Assembly (NCBI GenBank): GCA_965198945.1
Contig: CBDAQI010000002.1
Location: 1-21,651, forward strand
DNA length: 21,651 nt
Origin: Thermodesulfobacteriota bacterium
Lineage (GTDB): Bacteria; Desulfobacterota_D; UBA1144; Nemesobacterales; Mycalebacteriaceae
Direction: 5' to 3'
The notes under the pieces were generated by a model. That model was not told the DNA's origin, made no database searches, and was given only the letters and a program-made list of their open reading frames with translations. Below are positions 8,074 through 15,090 of the stretch, in pieces. A program made the translations under genes and the position numbers. How positions within the stretch are numbered: position 1 is the stretch's first letter; every line of letters starts with the position of its first letter.

Positions 8074-8718
8074 TTGAAGAAATTTTTTCTTCCGGCTATT
8101 GCCGTAATTGCCTGTCTGCTTTCCGTTTCCTGCGGACGGGAAGAGATGAAAAAGATGGACTCCGAAACAGAAAAGGAATTGTCCGCGCTGTATGAAAAAT
8201 ATCCGCGAGCATCTTTTGCGGGCGGGTGCTTCTGGTGTATGGAGCCGCCGTTTGAGCGCATTGAGGGCGTGGTTTACGTCCATGCCGGTTATCAGGGCGG
8301 GGAAGAGGAAAACCCGACTTATGAACAGGTTTCTCACGGACTTACCGGACACACTGAAACCGTGGAGGTTTTTTACGACCCGGAAAAGGTTTCATACCGG
8401 GAGCTGCTTCGGGTTTTCTGGACCAATATAGATCCCACCGACCCGGCCGGTCAGTTCGCCGACAAGGGAAGTCAATACAGAACCGCCATTTTCTACTATG
8501 ACGAAGAGCAGAAGCGGCTTGCGGAAGAATCAAAAAAAGAGCTCTCTGATTCGGGAAAGTTTTCGGAGCCGATAGTAACACAGATAGTTCCGGCGACCCG
8601 TTTCTGGCGGGCTGAGCAATACCATCAGGATTACTATAAGAAAAACCCCGTTCATTACGGGCGATACAAAAAGGGTTCCGGCAGAGAGGACTACTTGAAA
8701 AAGACCTGGGGCAATTAG
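8074..8718 (+). CDS. msrA: Peptide-methionine (S)-S-oxide reductase with predicted lipoprotein signal peptide
   Basis: FAGGCFWCME, PTYEQV, TGHTETV, GQFADKGSQYRTAIF, AEQYHQDYY. Start placed at TTG 8074 after GAGGA; N-terminus MKKFFLPAIAVIACLLSVSC. Confidence 0.93.
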   Translation: MKKFFLPAIAVIACLLSVSCGREEMKKMDSETEKELSALYEKYPRASFAGGCFWCMEPPFERIEGVVYVHAGYQGGEEENPTYEQVSHGLTGHTETVEVFYDPEKVSYRELLRVFWTNIDPTDPAGQFADKGSQYRTAIFYYDEEQKRLAEESKKELSDSGKFSEPIVTQIVPATRFWRAEQYHQDYYKKNPVHYGRYKKGSGREDYLKKTWGN

Positions 8719-8719
8719 T

Positions 8720-10261
8720 TTGCGTCTGCCCGTTTTGAATTTTGAAGGAGCACTCCGCAGAGACGGCTTCAAAGAGTTTTATCTTTTTGTTTTAATTTTC
8801 GCGCTATTTCATCTTGCCCTGATCTGGAGTCTGGATTTTCCCCCGCTGCAGGACTATCCGATGAGGATGTTCATCGGTTTTGCGGCCTCAACATTTGACA
8901 ATCCGGCATACAATTGGGCTGATTTTTTTGAACTGCACAACAGTTACGGCTCATACTCTTTCACTTTCTGGTTTATACGCCTATTTACTCCCTATTTCGG
9001 CATAGAGGCGACCGGCAAACTTTTCCTTTCCCTCTATGTCTGTCTTGTCGCCGCGCTTGCGCTGGTTGAGTCCCGCAGACGGGAAAATGTTCCGTGGCCT
9101 CTGCTCATGCTTTTTCCCCTCGCCTTCAACCAGACATACATCATCGGTCTGATGGGATATTTTATTTCAATTCCAGTTCTCATTCTGGCGCTGCGCCATT
9201 TTGAGTCCGTTACGGAAAAGCCGCTTGCTCCGCGCCGGTTTGCGTCCCATCTGCCGTTTCAGGCGGTTATTTTCTTCCTTCATCCCATGGCGTGTGCTCT
9301 TTACATCGGTCTTTCAGGAGTGGTATGCCTTTTCAAAAGGGGACGGCCGCTTCTGCGCTCCGTTTTTCTTTTGTGCGCTTTTGCTCTCTTTTTTGTGCTC
9401 TGGTATATGTCTTCCAGTTCCGGGGGAAATTTTGTTTTTTCACCGCTCTGGTGGTCCTTTTCCGCAACCCTGGACTTTTTTCTTCTGATGTTTTCAGGGA
9501 TGAAAATCACAAACGGCGCGGACTGGATTGCGGTTTCGCTTTGGTGTGCCGCCGCGGTTTTTCTTGCCTATTCCGCATTCCGACTTAGAGGAAAGCTACA
9601 CTTTGCCCGGCTTGACCTTTTAATGTTTGCTCTTGTTTTTATCGGTTTCTTTTCATTTCCCTTCAGTCCGGGCGCCCCATACACTTATTTCAACATACGT
9701 TTGGTTGCGCTCGTCTATTTTTTCGGCGCGATTGTTCTTTCAAACATTGCCCTCTGCCGTTTCGCCGGAAGAGTTTTTGCCGTCCTGATTGCGGCGATAA
9801 CAATATGGCAGGGAATTCTTCATTACAGGCTTTCAGTTGAAATAGGACAGATTGCGCCGGTTATTTCAAAGATGGAAAAAAACTCTGTTGTTCTTCCGGT
9901 GGTCGCAGACGGGAAAAGTGTTTATCTGGACCCGGTTTACTTTTATCAGTTTCACGACCATGTTCCCGAATACTACCATTTCCTTGTCGGCGGCGGTGCG
10001 AATCCCTATTTCATAGATGATTTGCCTGCGTGGCCCATACACTACCGTCATCCCCAGAAAATGCTTGAAGTTTTGAGTTCCCGGAATCTGGAAGACTATT
10101 CTTGCTGCTATCGTTATGTCATGGCGCGTGGAGACCGTTTTCAAAGTGTTGAGTTTCTGGGGCCGTTTCGCAGCATTGCCCGTTCGGGCAAATGGGTTCT
10201 TTTTGAAGCGCCCTCAGATTCACAAGACTATCCGCGCGGCTTTGACACTCTTCACCCTTGA
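8720..10261 (+). CDS. Polytopic inner-membrane protein, possibly a GT-C-fold glycosyltransferase
   Basis: 513-aa ORF with many hydrophobic segments, an acidic motif PPLQDYP in the loop after the first TM helix, and a soluble C-terminal domain. Function is inferred from architecture only. Confidence 0.6.
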   Translation: MRLPVLNFEGALRRDGFKEFYLFVLIFALFHLALIWSLDFPPLQDYPMRMFIGFAASTFDNPAYNWADFFELHNSYGSYSFTFWFIRLFTPYFGIEATGKLFLSLYVCLVAALALVESRRRENVPWPLLMLFPLAFNQTYIIGLMGYFISIPVLILALRHFESVTEKPLAPRRFASHLPFQAVIFFLHPMACALYIGLSGVVCLFKRGRPLLRSVFLLCAFALFFVLWYMSSSSGGNFVFSPLWWSFSATLDFFLLMFSGMKITNGADWIAVSLWCAAAVFLAYSAFRLRGKLHFARLDLLMFALVFIGFFSFPFSPGAPYTYFNIRLVALVYFFGAIVLSNIALCRFAGRVFAVLIAAITIWQGILHYRLSVEIGQIAPVISKMEKNSVVLPVVADGKSVYLDPVYFYQFHDHVPEYYHFLVGGGANPYFIDDLPAWPIHYRHPQKMLEVLSSRNLEDYSCCYRYVMARGDRFQSVEFLGPFRSIARSGKWVLFEAPSDSQDYPRGFDTLHP

Positions 10262-10270
10262 GTGTAATCT
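10242..10270 (+). promoter_or_regulatory. Sigma70 promoter of the MBL hydrolase gene, overlapped by a CIRCE-like inverted repeat
   Basis: TTGACA (10242-10247), 17 nt, TAATCT (10265-10270); the same bases read TTGACACTC-N9-GAGTGTAAT. Confidence 0.6.
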
Positions 10271-10292
10271 CGGCTCATCGCAGGAGGGTTCC

Positions 10293-10925
10293 ATGATAGT
10301 AAAATGCGTTACCGGGGGTATGTTTCTCACTAACTGCTACATATTAGGCGATGAGGAACGGGGCGAGGGAATACTTATAGACCCGGGCGAGCAAATCGTT
10401 GAAATCATGGCCGAGATTGAAAACACCGGTCTCAAAATAACGCATATAGTCAACACGCATACGCACATAGACCATGTCGCCGGTGTGCAGACGGCGAAAA
10501 ATATTCTCGGCGTCCCTTTCAGCATACATGAGAAAGAGCAGCCGGTTCTGGACATACTTCCCGAAGCGTGCAGACGGTATCCCGCTTTTGGCAATGTTGA
10601 GACGCCCGAAGTGGAGGAGTATGTTGAAGAGGGCCGGAAAATAAAAATAGGCGGTCTTGAGGCGGAAGTTCTTCTTGTGCCCGGGCACACCTGGGGAAGC
10701 ATCTGTCTTGTTGCGGAGGATGTGATTATTTCGGGAGACACTCTTTTTGCAGGAAGTGTCGGCAGGGTTGACCTCACGGGCGGGACTACAATGGAAGAGC
10801 TTGTCGGTTCAATAAAGGAAAAACTGCTTGTCTATCCCGACTCATACAGGGTTTTTTCCGGTCATGGGCATGAGACGACAATCGGCATTGAAAAAGAGTC
10901 CAATCCGTTTTTAAGTTTTTATTAG
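10293..10925 (+). CDS. MBL-fold metallo-hydrolase (glyoxalase II / YcbL-like)
   Basis: TNCYIL, IDPG, metal motif THTHIDH, PGHT.GS, SGDTLFAGSVGR, GHG, E..SNPFL; RBS AGGAGG (10282-10287) supports ATG 10293. Confidence 0.92.
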   Translation: MIVKCVTGGMFLTNCYILGDEERGEGILIDPGEQIVEIMAEIENTGLKITHIVNTHTHIDHVAGVQTAKNILGVPFSIHEKEQPVLDILPEACRRYPAFGNVETPEVEEYVEEGRKIKIGGLEAEVLLVPGHTWGSICLVAEDVIISGDTLFAGSVGRVDLTGGTTMEELVGSIKEKLLVYPDSYRVFSGHGHETTIGIEKESNPFLSFY

Positions 10926-10948
10926 GGTCGGCTGAAAACAGGGGTCTG

Positions 10949-11965
10949 TCACGGGTGCCGCTGCAGTTCCCTGACGCACATCATTTTTACCATCTCTTCA
11001 AAAGAAACTTTCGGTTCCCATCCGAGTTCTCTTTTTGCCTTGCCCGCGTTTCCGACGAGCTCAAAGACTTCCGCGGGACGGAAAAAATCCGGATTTATTC
11101 TGACTATTTCCCTGCCACTTTTCCTGTCAACCGCTCTTTCATTGATGTTTTCACCCACCCATTCAATCTCAATTCCTAAGCATGAAGCGGCGGTATTTAC
11201 AAAATCTCTCACTGAATGGTTTTTCCCGGTGGCCAGTATGTAGTCGTCCGGTTTCTCCCGTTGCATCATCAACCACATCCCCTCAACATAATCCGCCGCG
11301 AAGCCCCAGTCTCTTTTAGCATCAAGATTGCCGAGCTCCAGCGGTCCGTCGGCGCCTTTTTTGATTTCTGCAAGACCGGTTGTGATTTTCCGGGTTACAA
11401 ATTCCCTGCTTCTCAAAGGCGATTCGTGGTTGAAAAGTATTCCCGACACGGCAAAAATTCCATGAGATTCTCTGTAGTTGACAGTCGCCCAGTGTGCTGA
11501 CAGCTTTGCTATGCCATATGGACTGCGCGGATAGAAAGGAGTATTTTCCTTCTGGGGAGACTCCTGAACTTTGCCGAACATTTCGGAACTTGATGCCTGA
11601 TAAAACTTGATTTCAGGGTTTACCTGTCTTATTGCTTCAAGCATGCGAAAGACCCCAACTCCTGTTACGTCGGTTGTTAAAAGCGGCAGTTCAAAAGATG
11701 CGGCGACAAAAGACTGTGCGGCAAGATTGTATATTTCGGCAAATTCAAATTTCTCAATTGTTCTTTGTATGTTAGTAAATTCGTGCAGTTCAAGATAGAT
11801 GATTTCAATTTTGTCGCGGATTCCCAGTTCATCAAGTCTCCACAGGGAACCCCGTGAAGTTCTGCGGTCTCCGCCGACCACGCGGTATCCTTTCTCCACC
11901 AGCAGCTTTGCCAGATAAGCTCCATCCTGCCCGGCTATTCCCGTTATAAGAACCGTTTTTTTCAT
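10949..11965 (-). CDS. gmd: GDP-mannose 4,6-dehydratase
   Basis: LITGIAGQDGAYLA, YNLAAQSFV, FYQASSSEMFG, PRSPYGIAK, GILFNHESPLR, LGNLDAKRDWG. Confidence 0.96.
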   Translation of the reverse strand: MKKTVLITGIAGQDGAYLAKLLVEKGYRVVGGDRRTSRGSLWRLDELGIRDKIEIIYLELHEFTNIQRTIEKFEFAEIYNLAAQSFVAASFELPLLTTDVTGVGVFRMLEAIRQVNPEIKFYQASSSEMFGKVQESPQKENTPFYPRSPYGIAKLSAHWATVNYRESHGIFAVSGILFNHESPLRSREFVTRKITTGLAEIKKGADGPLELGNLDAKRDWGFAADYVEGMWLMMQREKPDDYILATGKNHSVRDFVNTAASCLGIEIEWVGENINERAVDRKSGREIVRINPDFFRPAEVFELVGNAGKAKRELGWEPKVSFEEMVKMMCVRELQRHP

Positions 11966-12010
11966 TTGTGCGCTCTTTGGAAATCCACCCTTAAATCACA
12001 GAGGCTCTGA

Positions 12011-12039
12011 AATATATAACAGGCCCTTTTGTTTTACAA
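12011..12039 (-). promoter_or_regulatory. Putative sigma70 promoter for gmd
   Basis: Minus strand TTGTAA (12039-12034), 17-nt spacer, TATATT (12016-12011) in the divergent gmd/ftsB intergenic region. Confidence 0.5.
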
Positions 12040-12113
12040 TTGAAACCGTGAATACGCGCTTTTTGGATTTCAAAACCCGAATCAAGTATCATCCCTGATA
12101 CGAACTTCCCGCC

Positions 12114-12389
12114 ATGAAAAGCAGCTCAGTTATCGCTCTTGTAATTTTTTCCGTTGCAATTTTTTCCGTTTTTTTCGTATTTGAAGTGAAACAGTTTCTT
12201 GACCTTAAACAAGAAAAACTGGAAGTGGAAAAAAGAATGGAAAAGCTCGCTGCCCGAAGAGACAGGCTGAATTCTCTTTCCGGCGCCGAAGGTAAAAACG
12301 CTCCCGACCGGGAACACCTGGAGAGGCTCATAAGAGAAAAACTTGGTCTTATAAAAGGAGACGAAAAAATTTTTATTTTCGGCAATTGA
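12114..12389 (+). CDS. Septum formation initiator family protein (FtsB/DivIC-like)
   Basis: N-terminal TM helix, coiled coil, C-terminal LERLIREKLGLIKGDEKIFIF resembling the DivIC E..AR..LG..K.GE motif. Confidence 0.75.
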   Translation: MKSSSVIALVIFSVAIFSVFFVFEVKQFLDLKQEKLEVEKRMEKLAARRDRLNSLSGAEGKNAPDREHLERLIREKLGLIKGDEKIFIFGN

Positions 12390-12393
12390 TTAT

Positions 12394-13207
12394 ATGCCGC
12401 TTGGTTTTCAACCGAAAAAAAGACTCGGTCAGAATTTTCTCCACGACGGAAAAACTCTTGAGAAAATCTGTTCGGCCGCAAATCTGGAAGAAACGGACGA
12501 GGTTCTTGAAATAGGACCGGGACTCGGAACCCTCACCCGTTTTCTTCTGCCGAAATGCGCCAAAGTCATTGCCGTTGAAAAAGACAGCGGGCTTGTTGAG
12601 GCTTTTCCTGCGGAAATTATCTCCGATGAAAAGTTTGTTCTTATTGAAGGTGATGTCATGAAAACCGGGCTGGAAAGATTTTATTCCGGACGGCCTTTGA
12701 AAATGGTAAGCAACCTTCCCTACGGAATTTCTTCCGGGGTTCTGCGCATGCTGACCCGAAGTCGCCGCCTTTTTTCACTGGCCGTTATAATGCTTCAAAA
12801 GGAAGTCGCGCTGAGAATTGTGGCTTCTCCCGGCACCCGCACCTACGGTTCTCTTTCGGCGAACATTCAGATGATGTTTAATGCGGAAAAAACTTTTTGA
12901 TGTGCCTCCCGGGCTTTTCACGCCCCGTCCCGCCGTTACTTCCTCGGTTGTCCGCCTTACGCCTCTGGAACAGACCAGATTCCCGGTTAAAAGCGAGGAG
13001 TTTTATCAAAAAACCGTTCGCGCCGCTTTCTCAGGACGCAGAAAAATGGTAAAAAACTCCCTGTGTTCGGTTTTTCCGGGTGACCGGGTTGAAAGCGTGC
13101 TTGAAGCCGTTTCCGTTGACGGCCGCAGAAGGGCGGAAACTCTCGGGCTTGAGGAATTTTCCCTGATTTCTGATAAATTGTTGGAAACGCTTGCTGATAA
13201 AAAATAA
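12394..13207 (+). CDS. rsmA: 16S rRNA m6,2A dimethyltransferase RsmA/KsgA, split by a +1 insertion at ~12887-12898; about 270 aa when repaired
   Basis: PKKRLGQNFL, VLEIGPGLG.LT, VSNLPYGIS, MLQKEVA.RI, YGSLS in the first frame; VPPGLFTPRPAVTSSVVRL, FSGRRKM, RRAETL in the second. Confidence 0.93.
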
Positions 13208-13222
13208 TAACGGGAGTTTCAG

Positions 13223-14689
13223 ATGGCAGATTTTACTCAGATAAAAAAAGACCCGCTCCGTGTGAAAACGGATTTGCTTGTAATTGGCGCCTACGACGGA
13301 GAGCCGGGACGTTTTTCGGGGATTGACAAAAAACTCGGCGGCGCGGTTTCGCGCGCGGCCGTCCGCGCCGGAAGTCTGCGTCTCGGCGGCTTTTTTACAA
13401 TTGACACCATGGGGAAAATTCCCGCCGCCGAGGTTATGGTTGTGGGTCTCGGTTCCGGCGGGGAATTTTCGGTTCCGGCGGATTTTTTCAAGGCCGCCTC
13501 GGTCGCATCAAAAAACGCCGGCTCCGGGGTGAAGAAAATTGTTATGGATTTTCCCGTTTCAAACAGTGCGGATTCTGTCGGTGCCGTCATTGAGGGGGCG
13601 CTTCTGGGTTCCTACGAATTTTCCAAATATAAAAGTAAGCAGTCGGAAAAGACTGAAATATCCGAGGTGAGGATACTTTCAAGTTTGTCTGAAAACTCTT
13701 TCAAAAACGCCGCCCGGCGTGCGCGGAGCGTTGCGCAGGCCGTCCGTTTCTGCAGAGACCTCGTTAATGAGCCGCCGGCTTTTCTCACGCCGTCCGTTCT
13801 TGCCGGGTATACGGAAAAAATGTGTTCCGAAGCGGGTCTTGAGTGTTCTGTCATTATGCCTCCTGATATGGAGGAAAGGGGAATGGGCGGAATGCTTGCA
13901 GTCAGCGCGGGAAGCTCAAATCCTCCGCGTTTGATACATATGACCTATCGTCCCCGGGCGGCGAGGCGCTCGCGTCAGGTTGCCATTGTCGGCAAGGGAA
14001 TAACTTTTGATTCGGGAGGGTTGAGCCTCAAGCCCGCCGAAGCTATGAAGACCATGAAAATGGATATGTCAGGCGCGGCCGCGGTGATTGGAGCGATGAA
14101 GGCCGTTGCCGCGGAAAAACCCGCCGTGACGGTTCACGGAATTGTTGCCGCGGCGGAAAATATGACCGGCCCGTCCGCCTACAAACCGGACGACATTGTC
14201 AGGGTCATGAACGGGAAAACAATAGAGATTGTAAACACTGACGCGGAAGGGCGTGTTGTTCTTGCGGACGCGCTAAGCTATGCGGTTGAGATAGGCTCAA
14301 AAGAGATTATAGATTTAGCCACGCTTACCGGGGCGTGTGTGGTTGCACTCGGAGTTTACAGAGCGGGGCTAATGAGCAACAGTGAGAAAATTGCGCGTGA
14401 CATCAAACGTTCTTCATCTTTCACGGGTGAAAAGGTTTGGGAACTGCCGCTTGCGGGTGAGATGCGCAAAGACATAGAGAGCAATTTTGCCGACATAAAA
14501 AACACCGGCAACCGCTGGGGCGGAGCAATAACCGCCGCGCTTTTCCTTGAACATTTTGTTTCCGATGTTCCCTGGGCTCATCTGGACATAGCGGGACCCG
14601 CTTATCTTGAAAAGGGAAACGACTGGTATCCCAAGGGCGGAACGGGCTTCGGTGTCAGAACTCTGGTTGACTACATTTTACGGAAATAG
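13223..14689 (+). CDS. pepA: Leucyl aminopeptidase (M17 family)
   Basis: VGKGITFDSGG, MKMDMSGAA, NTDAEGR, DLATLTGA, WAHLDIAG. Confidence 0.96.
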   Translation: MADFTQIKKDPLRVKTDLLVIGAYDGEPGRFSGIDKKLGGAVSRAAVRAGSLRLGGFFTIDTMGKIPAAEVMVVGLGSGGEFSVPADFFKAASVASKNAGSGVKKIVMDFPVSNSADSVGAVIEGALLGSYEFSKYKSKQSEKTEISEVRILSSLSENSFKNAARRARSVAQAVRFCRDLVNEPPAFLTPSVLAGYTEKMCSEAGLECSVIMPPDMEERGMGGMLAVSAGSSNPPRLIHMTYRPRAARRSRQVAIVGKGITFDSGGLSLKPAEAMKTMKMDMSGAAAVIGAMKAVAAEKPAVTVHGIVAAAENMTGPSAYKPDDIVRVMNGKTIEIVNTDAEGRVVLADALSYAVEIGSKEIIDLATLTGACVVALGVYRAGLMSNSEKIARDIKRSSSFTGEKVWELPLAGEMRKDIESNFADIKNTGNRWGGAITAALFLEHFVSDVPWAHLDIAGPAYLEKGNDWYPKGGTGFGVRTLVDYILRK

Positions 14690-14694
14690 AAAAG

Positions 14695-15090
14695 GTGTTT
14701 GTTCTTTTTGTGTGTGTTGAAAATGCCGGCCGCAGCCGGATGGCGGAGCGGTTTGCGCGCGAATTCAGCGGGGGAAGAATAAAAAGTTTCAGCGCGGGCT
14801 CAAATCCCGCGCCCAAAGTGAATGAACTCGTGGCGGCGGCGATGAGAGAAATCGGTCTTGCCATTGAAGATGTTCCTCCCAAGTCTCTTGATCAGATTCC
14901 CAGGGTGGAATACGACCTTGTTGTAACCATGGGCTGCGGCGATTCTTGTCCGCAGGTGAGTTCAAAAAGAACAGAAGAATGGCAGATTCCCGACCCAAAA
15001 AAAATGGATGAAGAGGGTGTGCGTGAGGTGAGGGATTTGTTAAGAGAAAAAGTCAAAACCGTCATTGAGAAAATTTTGTCTTTATCCTAA
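14695..15090 (+). CDS. arsC: Arsenate reductase ArsC / low-molecular-weight PTP fold protein
   Basis: P-loop CX5R motif LFVCVENAGRS, SAGSNP, VVTMGCGDSCP, W.IPDP. Confidence 0.8.
   Translation: MFVLFVCVENAGRSRMAERFAREFSGGRIKSFSAGSNPAPKVNELVAAAMREIGLAIEDVPPKSLDQIPRVEYDLVVTMGCGDSCPQVSSKRTEEWQIPDPKKMDEEGVREVRDLLREKVKTVIEKILSLS

Noticed and set aside
10116..10292. N-terminal extension of the MBL hydrolase in the ORF track
   Set aside because: Overlaps the upstream gene; the promoter and AGGAGG RBS point to ATG 10293.
12887..12898. Phase variation of rsmA by slipped-strand mispairing
   Set aside because: A6 and T5 runs are short for a contingency locus and are common in this window; the same +1 pattern in polA and cofE favours a shared artefact.
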